Shown here: positions 13,779 through 27,983 of the stretch, in pieces
Position numbering within the stretch: the first letter of the stretch is position 1
Layout of the letters: each line of letters begins with the position of its first letter
Source: Spizellomyces punctatus DAOM BR117
Lineage: Eukaryota
DNA length: 64,000 nucleotides
Reading direction: 5' to 3' (one strand)
Assembly (NCBI GenBank): GCA_000182565.2
Contig: KQ257461.1
Made by a program: the position numbers and the translations under genes
The notes under the pieces: generated by a model
What the model saw: only the letters and a program-made list of their open reading frames with translations
What the model was told of the DNA's origin: nothing
Databases searched by the model: none

Positions 13779-16700
13779 TCATTTCCCCAATGGCGGAAAT
13801 TCCATTTCCATCTCAAAGAGGACTCCGTCACCGTCTCCACCGTTTGTCACCGATGGCGGCTGCTGCTGATTCCCGTGACCTTTAGTCTTCTTGCTCTTTC
13901 CCTTTCCTCGAACATAACCCTTTACAGCTTGATTTCTCCGAGCCGTTTTCTCACGATCGTCGCCATCCAAGATTCCGCGTCGCTGCTTTTCCTTCTTAAA
14001 GTCTTGAATGGTCTTAAACTCTTTTAGAGCATTCTTCAGGACGTCGTTGACCATGTCATCGATTTCGGGCCGCTTCGCCTTGTCCTTCCGGTAGTACAGG
14101 TACGCCCAGAATTTCTCCAAACCATACAATTGTTTCATGCCGACATAGTCATGCACGGTCATATCTTGGAAATCTTGGAACAAGTCGGACCGGAACCGGC
14201 TCTCCAAACCATAAGAGTAAAACCGGAAGAGACATTCGAGGCCATAGCGGTATCCTGCTGCTGCATCCTCGGTAGCTAGTCGACGAAATTCATTGTACAT
14301 GCGATTATTGAAATGGTCTCGGAGGAAATGAGACCAGAACCGGAACAGGGTGTTCATCTCCTGGGATAAGCCGGGGCCCAATCGTTTACGTTCTGTAACG
14401 AAAAAAGACGATGAGGGATACAATGAATATCACACAGAATAGACTGGCTTACCCTTCAGAGCTTTGGCGTGGTATTTGGAGTATTTGTGTTGGATGAATC
14501 CATTCTCGCGCAAGAGTTCGTAACTGGGATGTTGGAAGGCCGGAAACTCTTTGAAACTCAAACGGCCCTCGGTTAAGCTGCCTGCCTGAGACCCAACACT
14601 CGTGCTCAAGTTGCTGGATGTGCTCTGGCTATTCCGAGTGGGAATATCCAAGTATTTGCCATTGACTTGCTCAGGGGCTTTTCCAGAGTCAGTTAACGAG
14701 CTGCCCAATACCCCCATCAAGTAGCCAACAGGAGGAGAAGCTGAGGTTGCTCCCGCATCCCAGTACCGCCGAGGTGTTTTGATGGGTTTAGGTGCGGAAC
14801 TAGCAATTTGGGGTGGGACGGTCTTGCTAGCCTTATTCTTCCCATGAAGATCCTCAAAGTATCCGCCCTGCGCACCAATGTATGGTTTGGGAGAATGCAT
14901 ACCGTTCTGCATTGCTGCAAACTGGTCGCCATCAACAGCCAGCACCTTATTCTTTGGCTTTTTCGGAGTCAAATAATCATGCTCATAGTAATACAAGCCT
15001 TCATTGATGATCTCATTCAGCTCCTGCTCCGCACGAGAGCGCTCAAACGGTGCGGTTGCATGCTTACGCGGCGGAAGGTTGTGAGAATGAACCGCCTGAG
15101 ACGCTGGTTGAGCGTGGCCTGACGCGAGTTGGTAGGGAGGGCTGCTCGGGACGGTCACAATCATTTGCCCACCGTCATCAGTTCGCTGCGTAACAATCAG
15201 CAATGCGTCCACATCGTCATCGTCAATATCGTGCCAATCCTCTGCTGAGTCGTACCCACTTTCCGAATTCACGGTTCCATTAGGCACCACTGGAATGTGC
15301 CGAGCTACAACCACAATATCGGGATCCTCATCATCTTCAGAGTCTGTGCAATTTTGACTACGGTAACCGTTGGCAACACGGACCTCGGTCAACTCGCTAA
15401 AACCAGCATTGCTGAACCGTCTACGTCCACTCCGACCTGGATGTGAAACCCACTCGTCGCCTTCCTCCTCAAGCTCAAAGATATCCTCCGTTTCAGCGAT
15501 GGTCTGATTACTCTCGCTACGTGCCATCTGACCTGAACCTTTCACAGCAAACAGTGAGAAGTCCGCAGCCCTCTGCTTGGGCTGTCGCCTCCGCGCTGGC
15601 GCCTTCTCCCACCCTTCTTCTATCTCATCGGCTGCAAGGTGCACCGAGCTGTCGTCCTGGTGTCGCCCAGCTCCCACGGCTGGGCCAACCCCGTTTGGGT
15701 GGCCGGGTTCAGAGGTGCTTTCTTTGTTGTTTGTGTACGCATCCGCGGGCGATTGTGGCGGCGTAGGCATTCTCGGTGTCTGAGGAAGTGATGACCTCGA
15801 CTCCGCCTCTGAGGCCTGCTTTTGGGACGCCGGAGAGGGTGGAAGCTGTGAACCATTGGCAGAGCTGACGCTATCACTCACTTTGGTCGGGTCGGTAGAG
15901 TCCTGTGGAAGCAACCAAAACTCCCAATTGTCGCGACGACGCACAAAATGTTCTCCTGTGCCATCTACAATAATCTCCACGAGGTCGCTACCCTGCACTG
16001 CGGATCCAAGGAGTTCATTCGTCCATGTCGGAGCTTCGACATCGACATTTGAAACCGACAGAGTACTTTCATTCACGCTCCGCTCCACCGGCTCAGTAGC
16101 CACTTCGCCAGTTTTGTCGCCAACGGGGCTCAACGGCGTCATAGACATGGCCTGCAGCGCCTGTGTCTTTGACTTGGCAACATTTATTAACGATCGCACC
16201 CGGTTGAAACCTGAGATGAGCCGAAGGGGCACGCCACCATTGGTCGCATTCATTTGGCGACGGAAGTAGATATCCCGGCAAAGGTTCTCAACAGAAAAGT
16301 AGTATTCACTGTATATCAGGGTTAATAACCGAGTTGAGAGCTAAATTCAGATGACGTGCCACACTCACATTTGGGTACGGATCCACCATTTGACGGTCTC
16401 TACATCAACAGCTTCAGGGTCAGGGTACCCATAGTACGCTCCAGACGGCGCAGCATATGGCCCCGCCTGGAGCTGGCCAAGAACAGGCTGAGCATAGCCA
16501 TTAACATAACCATAATATTGACGCGGCCCTCGGCTGATGCTGGACCGGCCGCGACCTCCGCGACCTCCACGCCTGCTTCGCGACTGATTAGGTGCATACA
16601 CATGGTGTGCAGCCGGGATTGCATTTTCGACCGAACCAGTATGTGCAGGTGAAGTACCACCAGCAGTAGACGCGGCTGACGCGACAGATGCGTTTGATCC

Positions 16701-18106
16701 CCTTCTGGGGCCCCGAGAGGGTGCCTGCTGCTGCGGTGCATTCCGTGGACCACGGCTGCGTTGCCTGGTAGTATCTACCCGTGGACTAGAGTGGACTCCA
16801 GATGTACCAACAGACGGCGCTGAGGTTGTTTCTTTTGCAACAGCCTCTCCAGCGATCTTTCCTTTCTGCTGCTGCTCTTCAGACCGTTTGCCGCTAGACT
16901 TTCCAGACCGACTTGAACCGCGAGGGGCGAGCGAAGCAGGGGGAGGATAATGGATCGGAACGTCCAATTTTGCCCAGGCAGCCTTTTTGGAGCCCGACAA
17001 TGTTGAATTATGAATTTCCTTGGCGGTGGGTGTTGGTGAGGTAGATGAAGCAGGAGCAGGGCGAGGTGGTGATGTGGGGGCGCTGCCAAGGGTTGGCCAG
17101 AGCTCACTTCCCAAGTTAGATACAGGAGCGACGGCAGGTTCCGCCTCTTTGGCGAGGAGATTTTCGCTCCGAGCAGCAGTTTGTACAATCTAAAAGCACA
17201 CTTGTTAGTCAAGAAAGTCGACCCAGCATATCAACATATCTTAGAAACCAGCAGTACCTTGGCAGCTATAGGGCCAGTTCGTGTTTCCCGAGGCCTCTTT
17301 GCGCCATCCTTTACTTCCGTCGGCTCAGGTGTGACCTCGTCCTTTTCAGACACTGCTGGCTTGGACAATGTCACTTCCTCAGTAGTTCCCCCTTCTTTAT
17401 TAGAAACAGATTTTTTGCTGGCGGTAGTTCCAGTGGACGAAGCGGCTGTTGAGGATGCAGCCTGCTGCGACGCCTTAGAGGTCTTCTTTTTCCCCGTTTT
17501 TTTAGATTGGACTTTTACAAAGCCCTCTGCAGCATCTTTCTCTTCTTGTTCCTTACGGGCTTTGTCCTTAGCGGCTTGTCGTTGTCTCCGCTCCTCGTGA
17601 TTTTTGTGCTGCGACGTTTTGCGGTTTTGGTCAGCCTGCTTTTGCTGTTCCTCTAACCGGATCTTCCAAACATTCACTGACGGAACAGGGGCGGGTACTA
17701 CATGCTTTTTGTCGGATCCATTGTGGCTGCCCATCTCCTCCTTCGTTCCATCTTCAGACTCTACTTGGTGATCTTCCACCACAGCTGTTGTCTTGCTCAC
17801 TTCCTCTGTGTCTGCCTGTATACCGGCTGACAAAACATCACTGGATGTGGGCCCTTCAGCTAATGATAAACCATTATTGAGCCGTTCGGACTGCAGCAGT
17901 CTATTGAGAGTCATACCTTTTGTTGAAGTCTCAGCAGCTGGCGAAGCGGCGCCATTAGATGATACATCAGTAATAACGGCCTTTTGAGCCAAGCTTGCCC
18001 AAGACATTGACACTGCAGTTTTTGAGACTAACTGGTCGGAGGCGGTTTGCTGATCAAGGACAGCCACACTGCTAGGCGCTGAAGCCCCCGCCTCTTCGGA
18101 AGTCAT
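13779..18106 (-). CDS. LARP1: La-related protein 1 with La motif and C-terminal DM15 repeats, multi-exon
   Basis: La motif (WIRTQ|..[21 protein letters not shown]...[13 protein letters not shown]); DM15 region ([59 protein letters not shown]). Confidence 0.95.
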
Positions 18107-19488
18107 CGAGAGTTGGTTGGTTAGGTCACGGGCAAGTGTCTACAATGAAAAGAAATAGACTGTTATGGCTCTGCATGCAAACAAGAATAAAAAACCTAGT
18201 AGCCCTTTCAGCCCAGCATCTCTGCAATATCCGTTGTAGCAAGCGTCAACAAGCCAGTCGTCCATCACCATTTTACGGGCATCCTGGTGTTGCAATACTA
18301 GACGACCACTCTAGCACGCAAATGGCCTGCTTTCGCCCCCTCCCATTCCGTCAAGTATAGCGCGCCACCGGCGATATATGTGTTCCCGCGGTAATTCATT
18401 TCGTTGTGTGTAATGCCCACCTTTACTATCCACACTTTAGCCCCCTCCTGTTCCGAAAGAGTAGCCTACTGCTGCGAGCGGCTCCCCGATAGGACGAAAG
18501 TTGTGCCCCGCTCTCCAACAGCGAGCAAATGGGGACGGGGTGTAAAACCCGAGTAACTCTATTGATCGCGCAGCGTAGCGCTGGTTATATATAAGTTAGA
18601 ACGGCAACCGACGAAACAAGACGACGTTGGCAGTTCAAAGAGTGTCGGCGGACGCACGCGGCTACGACGACCAAGGGTAGGTGAAACGCTCTACACGGGA
18701 AAAAAAAGAAACACCGCCTTGGCGTTGGAACAGCGCAGGGAAAAGCGGACTGCAGAATGACAGCGACGTCGGGGGGTTGCGGAGATTCCGTTTCCTGTAG
18801 CCGTGACGTGAGGCAACGAACCCCAATCCCAGCAAACAAAAAAAACGAGAAATGCGGCCAGTGAACTCGCAAAAAAAATCCAAGACGAGGTTCCCCAGCA
18901 AGTCACACGAGACGAACTTTTTCTTTTGACCAACGAGGGCCAGTTGGAGAGTGACGTATCGCATTCTAGCCAATCAGAGAGGGCTTCATTTAGCCATAGA
19001 TAGTATTGCTTACGTGTTCTACACGTAATAAAATGTCAGCGCAAAGTAAGGGCAGATGGAGGGTATTCAAAAGGCATTTGACGTTATGATGATTGTCATG
19101 ACTCCCTCAATAGCCCTCAATTTGCCCTTGTTCATGATTTGATGCATGGATGCAGCATTTGGCGGCGATCAGGTTCTCTACCATCTTTGCTGGTATGGTC
19201 TTGTCTATTGGCGTTCTCCTACCACACCCATTTGCAGAGATGCCGTTGTCGCCCTGCACACACACATACACACGGATGCATGCATGCGCAATGTTCATGA
19301 TAGCACCGAAAAAGCATGTCTCCGCCTTGTACCAACACTTTAACCGATACGTGGCTTTCCCCAAATGACGCGATCTCCCATTGGGCACGTGTCTGATGAC
19401 AAATGATCGCTTGGAAATGCCCGTCCAAATAAAAAGAACGCTAACGTTAACTTTCCACTTTGTAAAGACTTTCGCAAGAGTTTGCAAG

Positions 19489-20508
19489 ATGGCTGCCCGT
19501 GTGATTCCAATTGAGATTGTGTCCGACACTGTTTGTCCCTGGTATGGCTTAATCATTGATGATTTTGCGTGCGTTGCAACAGCTATTTATCAGGGAGTGC
19601 TGGTTAGGTGCTTTGTCGGCAAAAGGCGACTCGAAAAGGCGATTGCAGCTGCCAAAAATAGGAATCTACCTCTGGAGTTCAAGATCAAGTTCAAACCTTT
19701 CCAGGTAGGAAATGGACGCTTATATGACATCTCCAAAGATCTGACGATGCGGATGTTAGCTTGATCCTACACTCCCCAAAGAAGGAGTCTCCAAGATCAA
19801 GAAATACGAAGCAAAATTTGGCCCGGAACGGATCCAGCAAATGATCCCTCATATGCAGGTGGTTGGCGCTGCGGAAGGCATAAAGTTTTCGTATGATGGA
19901 TTGATCGCAAAGTAAGCAGCTGCAGCACGTCCGCGACGTCGTTAATCTTAACATTCTTGTCGTTACAGCACAGTTGATTCGCATCGTGTTCTCGAATACG
20001 CTCTTCAGAAAGGGGCTCAACTCGAGCTTGTCGAGGAGCTTTTCAAGGACTACTTTGAGCGAAACAAGAACATTGGTGACCATGAAGTACTTGCGGATGC
20101 TGCAGCAAGAGTCGGTTTGGATAAGGAGGAGGTGAACACTGTTTCAAATACTCTCATTTTAACGAATCCATTGACTGACAGTATCCGCAGGTCCTCGCCT
20201 ACCTTAAAACGGACCAGGGCAAGCACGAGGTTGAAGAACAAATTGAGGTAAGCATTCTACCAATTGCATTTACTGTACAGCCGGATTCGTTTGACTCGGA
20301 TTCATTTGACTCGGTATCTTTTTGCAGTCCGCCTACCGTCGGCGAATTACCGGTGTACCTCATTTCCGTATCAATGGAACATACTCACTAGGTGGCGCGC
20401 AAGATCCTGAAGCGTTCCTAGAGGTAGGTTCAGCTCCTGGCCTTCTACAACTGTGGACATTGTTAATGAATGTTTTTCTAGATTTTTGAAGCACTTGCGA
20501 AGCAATAG
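19489..20508 (+). CDS. DsbA-like thioredoxin-fold protein (FrnE family), multi-exon
   Basis: Spliced IVSDTVCPW|CFVGKRRLE gives the CPWC motif; C-terminal ITGVPHF...GAQDPEAF. Confidence 0.9.
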
Positions 20509-20707
20509 TTGGACCAGAACTTTTGAATTGACCATGTAATGATTTCTAGACCAGATATCTAAATAGCAGTTTTGTACGTTTTACATGATCTCACCTCATG
20601 TGTTTAGTGTCTCGCACGTAGATGCTAGCGTGCTGGATGCATTGTAGCTTGCACGCAGATAACGCATATATACGTTTCCAATTCGGACAGTCATCCGTAC
20701 AGGAAAG

Positions 20708-20778
20708 GCATTGGTGGTTTAGTGGTATAATTACCGCCTGCCACGCGGTAGATCCGAGTTCGATTTTCGGCCAATGCA
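20708..20778 (+). tRNA. tRNA-Gly(GCC)
   Basis: GCATTGG...CTGCCAC...TTCGATT...CCAATGCA cloverleaf; downstream T-run. Confidence 0.9.
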
Positions 20779-22426
20779 TTCAAGCCCTACGTAGTTCTTT
20801 TTTTTTTTCCGCCGGGCCTAGACTTTGCATGGTCGACTCAACGACAACGTTTTGGTCCCCCGACTGCTGCAGCATACGACATACACTATGGTGGTTTATT
20901 GGAATTATCTCTGCTGTGCTCCCGCCATAACTGAAGCCCATGGTCTAGTTAATCTGCCTCACCCGCAAGTTTCCTCAGATCTACATGCACCAGGGTTAGG
21001 TTAGGTTAGGTATGCAACTTCGCTCCACGGCCCGACTTCCTTGCTTTCCCTTCAGTTGGCATCAGGATACTGTCCTTTTCTTCAGGTGGTCCCTCTTGCA
21101 CACGACGAGATGTGGTCGTCCATGCAGTTAGATTGCATGAATATCAGTTTGTGATGGGATGTGCCCTTAAAGTTTATCCACTTTCCAAATTCTTTTGTAC
21201 TGGAGCAATTGACCGATAAATCCTCTGTACCCATCCATATTGAAATCCTTCGATCGCTTTCAAAAAAGACTACGCATCTATAATTCACACTATTCATCCC
21301 AGTTCCATCTAGAGTGCTCTATATCAACGTTCTTTTGCCAACTGGACTTTTCGGCATACGGTTGGGAGATGGATATACAACGTGCGGACGGTAGGTAGGC
21401 CATATAGCCGGAGAGTCTCTTACCAACAACGATATCCACGTCCTACTTCACCGTGACATTGATACGGAAACTCCCCACGTTTTCCATCGATCACCAGAGC
21501 TTTCCCGGTCCACCGGTGGACGACCAAGACAAAACGTGAATCGGAAGAGAGTATATGAGTCCGATTATAAGGCGGCCGCTTGATGCTGTTCCGTTACGGC
21601 GAGGATCTGCAAAATCCATTTTGGTTTACTAAGTACGTGAGTACTGGAAGCGATATTGCGACATGTTAACATTATCGCATGGTTTTTCATATTCACGGGA
21701 TGGAGTACGTCGATTGCTTGGGTCAGAACATCTGGGGAATACATACTTGATCGACCACGTCTTGAATGGTTGATGGCAACATTTTGATGCATGGGAATAG
21801 CGTACCGAAGAGTGAACTAATGGCTCTTTCGCCTGTGCGGTGCAGATAAACGTTCCCTTCCCTCTTGTGGAATACAACCTGTTGGAATTCGTTATCCCTA
21901 TTAATAGTCAAGCCCCCGCTCAACTCGGTGTTATCGGAAACTTGCCCTCCCAATTGCTCCCAGGATGGGAGTGGTGAACGAAAGCAGTATGACTACAATG
22001 CAGGACCCTCCGCCCATCCGCGAATAGTGTGGTCTGGATAAACAATCTGAGAAGGTAGAAAAGAAAAGGTATCATATCATAGGGCAGAATAAAATACAAT
22101 GTTTATAGTGGCACCTGCAGCATGCTTAATGGTGTTGAAAGATGGTGCTTTTTGCAAGCAACCTTAATTTTTTTAAAAGTAAAAAATAAAATCATGGCGA
22201 CGACAACGGGCACCTCTGTATTCCTGCAAAAGTAGTCGTACAAGATGCAGTATACACTATAGTATAAGACGTACTATGAGAGGTAAGATATGATGCTATT
22301 GTATTATAACAGGTAAGAATGCTATGTACTATTAAGACTGGACTATTCTTATACTACGATACTACAGACCGTATGCTTTAACGGAATCGAACAGTTCAAT
22401 CTCACGACCCATTGAAATCACCCCCG

Positions 22427-23126
22427 ATGGCACAACAAGTTTGTAACGCAAGACAAGGCGTGTTCAGGCCGTATACCTTTAACGGAATCGAACAGTTTAA
22501 TCTCACGGCCCATCTACCACCCGCCAACAGTCCAGTTTGGCAAGAACTGGTAAATGCAATTGTAAACGACCTCCCTGCTCACACAATAAACCAGAAGCCG
22601 TGCCATTGCCGCCTTGCGTATGTGTCACTTCTGTTTGATTGCGACCGAATTGGCGAGAAAATGGGAAGCCGCATAGAAGCCATTTCGAACCGCATGCCAA
22701 CAACACCAGTATTAAAATTCAGATCGCAGAATAGCTCTGACAAGACTCGCGGCAGCCGGCGTCGTGCATGCCGAAGATATTTTCGCAGTTTACGCCCAAC
22801 CTAAGCCTTTTTTGGACCGGTACCGCATTTGCGTTCATTTTCGTAATCGGGAAACCGCGCAAGCTTTCTACAATACCATCGTTGAACGAGACCATATAGC
22901 CTTCCCAAGGTATTTTTTTAATTTCAAACCTTGGGTCGGTGGACCCACCCCAGCCGGCCCCGCCCCAACCTCTGTATCGCTACCCAACGCAACAGGTACC
23001 CAAATCGTTACAAATATGGCTGCGGTAGAGAGAATCGTGGAGCGTGCTCATGCTCATGCTGTTGTTGTGTTGGAATCGGGAAACTCTCGAGGTCTAGCCG
23101 CGAAACTGCTGCCTCAAGATCAATAA
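22427..23126 (+). CDS. Small two-exon gene with an RRM-like fold (possibly frameshifted)
   Basis: Exon 1 MAQQVCNARQG...VWQELVNAIVNDLPAHT ends at GTATGT. Exon 2 DRYRICVHFRNRETAQAFYNTI...RYFFNFKPW resembles the RRM RNP1-helix-beta4 pattern. Paralogs elsewhere in the window. Confidence 0.4.
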
Positions 23127-23625
23127 GCAGGAGCCCTCCGTCGGTCGGCAGCCGCAGGACTTTGTCGTCAAAGTATGGTCCACGAATTCCCGTATCGCAC
23201 TCGATTCGAATGGTCGGTATTAGTGAACGCTCTTTGAGCTCCAGCTGGACCAGATCGACTACGTGCTCGCAAGAGTTGAAGCAGCCAACCGCGAATCCCA
23301 AGATTGAGAGGATATTGTTAAACTCAGCAAATGCGCGGTCCCATGACCAAGTGAAGCTCAGCGTTATCCCCATTGACTCCAAACACAACATGTTGCGCGA
23401 TTACTTTTCGAATCTGATCCTTCTGCGTCGCTGCATTATGTGAACGGGGATGTTTGGTTGGTGGTCAGAAGCGGGGAGCAGTGGAAAATATTGCTCGTTT
23501 TGATAGCCAAGTAAGCATTGCGGGCGTCTTGTGCTTGCGTTCGGATGGAAGTCCTACTCGAATCGCCTTTGGTCAGGGAATTCTGCACGGGCGCGGTCGA
23601 CCATTCTTGAGGTTGCAGCTCTCTC

Positions 23626-24200
23626 TCATTCGTTGGGATCCTGTCGCGTCAGGGGATGATTCCGATGTCGCAGGAGGAGCAATAGGTGCAGCCCTGCGGA
23701 TTTATGGGCTCTCGTACCGAAAAAGTACCGGGCTTGACCGTGCTTTCCTGTACCGAGAATAGCGTGAAGGAATGCCTCCGCAGTTGCGCGATCGAGGAAA
23801 TGTATAGAGAGGCGGTAGCGATCTTGATATTTGATGCCGTACAAGACGATGTCGTCTTGCGCTGCGATTCCAGTCTTGTGAGCCTGTGATAACAAATGCG
23901 TATGAGAAAAGGAACTGTCACGTGTAAAAGTCTGCAGCTACCTGACTAAAGCAATATACGGTAATGCTCTATTGATTGGGCACCCCTTGTGTATTCGTCT
24001 TGAGTCGTGTCTTCCGTCGTCTTGAGTCATGCCGACCTTGTCGTGATCAATATGTTTGGTGGCGGCAATCGCAGTTGCTCCAAGAAGGATCGTTACTCGT
24101 TGGTCGTGAAGGCGTGGCACAAATTGGCACCCATCCTGCTGTGCAAATAGCCATGTGCCTTTTGCAGGTACGGCACGCATCGGCCCATCCCATCCAGCTG
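23626..24200 (-). pseudogene. Decayed paralog of the 22.4 kb RRM-like gene, convergent with it
   Basis: DRYRLSIHFLDRATAEAFLHAI...ARYFF aligns with the 22764-23126 ORF; upstream part is frameshifted. Confidence 0.5.
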
Positions 24201-24720
24201 TCAAGCAGCAAAACAAAACTGACGTTCGCTCGTTACGGCACTTGGCATTGGAGGGATGGGACGACGGAACGACGGCACCATCCAGTTCTCCAATAGAAAA
24301 AAAAAACTGCTCGTCCTTTGTCAAGCACGGTAAACATCGGAATTTGACCAATTTTTGTTGACAGGTTGGCTGACGATGAAAAGCGTCAGGAATTGACATA
24401 AGCACCAGATCGCTTCACGCACACACGTGACAGGCACGACACGGGCTTTGAAGACCTTACCTCCAGCGCTGCCTCCAGGGCTGTTTTTGAACTTTAACTA
24501 TGGGTGATTCGATCGCTTCAAACTGTCACCACGCTAATTGAACGATTGCACAATCTGTATTTGTCGCATGTTGCCAAAACAGCATTGCCGCATTATAAGC
24601 CTTTTTTCTTCCGTCAACAGTTTAGCTAATTGACGTTTGTTAGCATGGTTAATTTGAACGTTGCAATGCAAACAGACGTACATAATGGAGGCTGCGTCTT
24701 GTTCATGATGCATCATTGAA

Positions 24721-24916
24721 NNNNNNNNNNNNNNNNNNNNNNNNNNNNNNNNNNNNNNNNNNNNNNNNNNNNNNNNNNNNNNNNNNNNNNNNNNNNNNNN
24801 NNNNNNNNNNNNNNNNNNNNNNNNNNNNNNNNNNNNNNNNNNNNNNNNNNNNNNNNNNNNNNNNNNNNNNNNNNNNNNNNNNNNNNNNNNNNNNNNNNNN
24901 NNNNNNNNNNNNNNNN
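24721..24916. other. Assembly gap (N run)
   Basis: Run of N bases. Confidence 1.
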
Positions 24917-25274
24917 GGAGGTGGACATATTTTGTCGGTCATGGCGCAGGTCACAAATGTGTTCCAGATATTGCATTCTGCGGCCCTGAAGAGTATACTG
25001 GGTTACTTGATGGTTAGTTTTCTGGCCATCGGTTTATCGGTGAATAGAGTCGACTCAAGTTCTACTTCTATCGTTTGACTGAAGGATATCGCCATACACT
25101 GCTTTAGATTCGGGATTTTTGCAAGGGATTTCAGTTACCAACTAAAGTCGATAACATGGAAACCTGGCTATCACCCCAGCATAATGTTTGAGGATCCGAA
25201 GCCAATTGGCCCTATCGTCACTGAAAGGATATACTTACGTTTCTGCTAATTAAAAAGGATGAAACTGGCAATGG

Positions 25275-26620
25275 TTTACAGAATTACCTTCAGCAGCGTG
25301 ATGTCGTGCTCGATCCGATCATGTACGAGTCGATGAGAATCATGTACGAGGTTTCGCCGTTCCATCAACTAGTCTCCCGGGTGCTATGGATGTAGTTGAC
25401 ACCGCAGAAACCGGATATATATAGCGTAGGCTGATTAAGTTTGGAAGATATTTGTGTCAAGTACTGTGGAACCGTCAGGAAATAGTCGGGGAGCTGTGCT
25501 TCAATTATAGCACTGCGAAGATGGTTTCGATGGTACATGGATTCGCGAACAGCTCCTGTAGTAAAAGCTGTGGTATTCCAGGATCGAACTGTGACGGGAC
25601 ACTCCGTTTCAGACGAAGATATGCCCGAACCGTCTTCACGTCGTCTGTGGGTTTTTGCAATTAGTTTTTTCTGGAGCGGCATTGATTGAGAGGAAATGTC
25701 TATTGACCCAGATCTTGAAAGGAGTCGGCCAAATGAATCAGTGGTTCTTATATTAATTACAGGCACCTTGTTTCGCTATGCGAACTCATGACGAATTGAG
25801 AGGACATCATTTAGCGTTATGCTTACCATAGTTATGAGGATTTCGGAGGCTATGTTGCCCATGATGATGGGGAAAGTGCTGATTACATTAAGGCCCATCA
25901 TGATTTAGAATGAGATGAAGAGAGAGACGATAGTCCTTTCACATCAACTTACCTAAAACATGTCCAATCGACCTGAATATAGAAATTTTACCTTCATCAT
26001 GCCTTTGTCTTCAGTGGGGTCAATACTTGTTGACGCCCCAACACTGCATTTACCAACCCTTCGCCGCCTCCAAAGCATATATGGCCCTATTACCTATCCC
26101 AACAAGAGATTGTCTAGTCGTTCCTGAGACTGCCCGCCTTGTACCGGGACATCGCTCCTCGGCCAGTCGCTGGCGTAAATAGACAATCTGGTTCGCTCGA
26201 GTGGCACTCAAATGTTCATGACCCGAGATGAGGCGGTCGTACTCTTAGGATAATTGGCACGCCCTCGGTTTTGGGGAATCACCAGAGTTTCTCTATTTTG
26301 GGAAATATCCAGTTTCCTTGGGTCTGGGGACTCTCCAACAACAGCTGAGGCGCTCTCCGGTAGCTCGAAGGGCCTACTTGATACCGCGAAAATCGATAGG
26401 AACGATCCGAGTACTACTGTAATTAACATATCTTACACTGTGGTTTTGAAACGAGGAGTTAACTCGACGCAGTACAATCTTTCTCCATGGCACTTAAAAT
26501 CCTCATCCATCTTCGGGTGTAACTAGGCCGTTTCTAAAACTGTCCAACCATTTTGCCGATTTCAACTGGATCACACGAACGTAGTCCCCCAATCCAACGC
26601 CTTCAGGAGTCCACTTGCCC
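25275..26620. repeat. Decayed segment duplicated at ~59700-61790 (unidentified gene or TE relic)
   Basis: Shared collinear blocks, e.g. TTACCTTCAGCAGC, CCGCAGAAACCGGATATAT.TAGCGTAGGCTGAT, CCCTATTACCTATCCCAACA, CTGGATCACA; many stops in all frames. Confidence 0.7.
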
Positions 26621-26735
26621 TAAACATGCTGCGTCTTCACGTTGGAAGGGGGTCTTTTACATACATATCCCCCTCAGCCCTCAACTGTTCTAAATTGTTA
26701 TTGTTATGAGAAGACTCTGCATATTCTCAGCACAA

Positions 26736-26806
26736 GCATTGGTGGTTTAGTGGTATAATTACCGCCTGCCACGCGGTAGACCCGAGTTCGATTCTCGGCC
26801 AATGCA
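26736..26806 (+). tRNA. tRNA-Gly(GCC)
   Basis: Full cloverleaf, anticodon GCC. Confidence 0.9.
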
Positions 26807-26947
26807 CTGGCAGTCCCCATCGGGTACTTTTGCGAGAGAGCGCTGGCATTACTTTTTGCATGGTTGACCCAGAATTACAAACGTTCGCTCGCAAATGAAA
26901 CAAACCCCCGAGGAGTAACCGCAATTCTAAAATGGCTGCAGTACATA

Positions 26948-27709
26948 GTGTGGAGGCGATTGAAAATGGCACTAAGACCCATTATTATCCGGATAATCCG
27001 GTTAATCATATCGCATAATCAGCACCCCCATCTATTGCTCAAAGCGGTGAGGCATGTATTGTAATGTTTTTTTTTTAAACTGCGGTGAGGCGCATGCCGA
27101 AGGTCTATAAAAGGGGACCTGCTCCCTCTTCCCTGTTTCCTCTTTATCCCTCGACTCGCAAGCATCTGCGCAATGCTCATTGCGACCCACATTGCAACCT
27201 CATAGCGACCCACACAACCTCATCGCGACTCGGTCAATCATGAGAACGCTGATGTGGTGGTGTCGAGGACCTCGACCGCCCGACAGTAACAGTGATCAGA
27301 ACCAGTGGCAACCAATCGGATCCGATAACAAAAACTACTATTATGCTGCCACATTAGTTGAGCTTGGTTGGTATGTACCAATGGCATCATCTCTTTTCAT
27401 ATTATTCTGTCGCTGACATGCATTTTTTTGTAGTCTCCAAGCCTTGTCACTGAACATCCTCTGGCTTGTGACGCTGCCCAGTCGATTTGCTCCTGGATGC
27501 AAGAGTCTGGCTTCAATGCCATCAAGAGTTCCAGATCAAGGCCTAGTAGGTCCGGACGCGTGTGGTGGTGGGCAATTATCCGGTTAGAACCAATCGTTAC
27601 GTATTGCGTGTATAATTGCCTATTAGTAGTTAGTTAACTTTTCCGAACCGGTTGTCGCCGGTTTATTCCCTGGTGTAGTAGCTAGTGCCAGTTTCTGTCA
27701 CCTCTACAC
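26948..27709 (+). mobile_element. Non-autonomous Fanzor (Spu-1-like) ghost transposon, copy 2
   Basis: CATA at 26944-26947 and TA at 27710-27711; same TIRs and interior as 1487-2224. Confidence 0.85.
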
Positions 27710-27726
27710 TAGCTATTGATGGTTGA
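27638..27726 (+). ncRNA. Fanzor omegaRNA-like scaffold plus predicted guide GCTATTGATGGTTGA
   Basis: Scaffold is identical to copy 1 while the element interior has diverged; the downstream flank differs. Confidence 0.8.
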
Positions 27727-27983
27727 ATGGCGATCACACCAAGTTGATCATGCTCCTTCCGGCGAATTGATGCCGATACATTGTATGCATGGTGGACCAA
27801 TATCATGTGGCAAAGTGCGCAGAGCAAGTGGTTGGCTTTCGACTGCTAGTCTTGTGCATTCCTCCACTTGCGCAGCGGACTTTGACGAATAAGCTGACGC
27901 AAGCAATGGCTACACGTGCTCGGTGCCCAGCCAATCATCGATTTTTCCATTCTCCCAGTATGGCGCAGTCAACTCAACGCGGC

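Noticed and set aside
20992-21011. Telomere-like (TTAGG)n
   Set aside because: Only about three units, internal; insufficient evidence.
21050-22050. Possible multi-exon gene relic on the minus strand after the first tRNA
   Set aside because: Could not assemble an open frame or recognise a domain.
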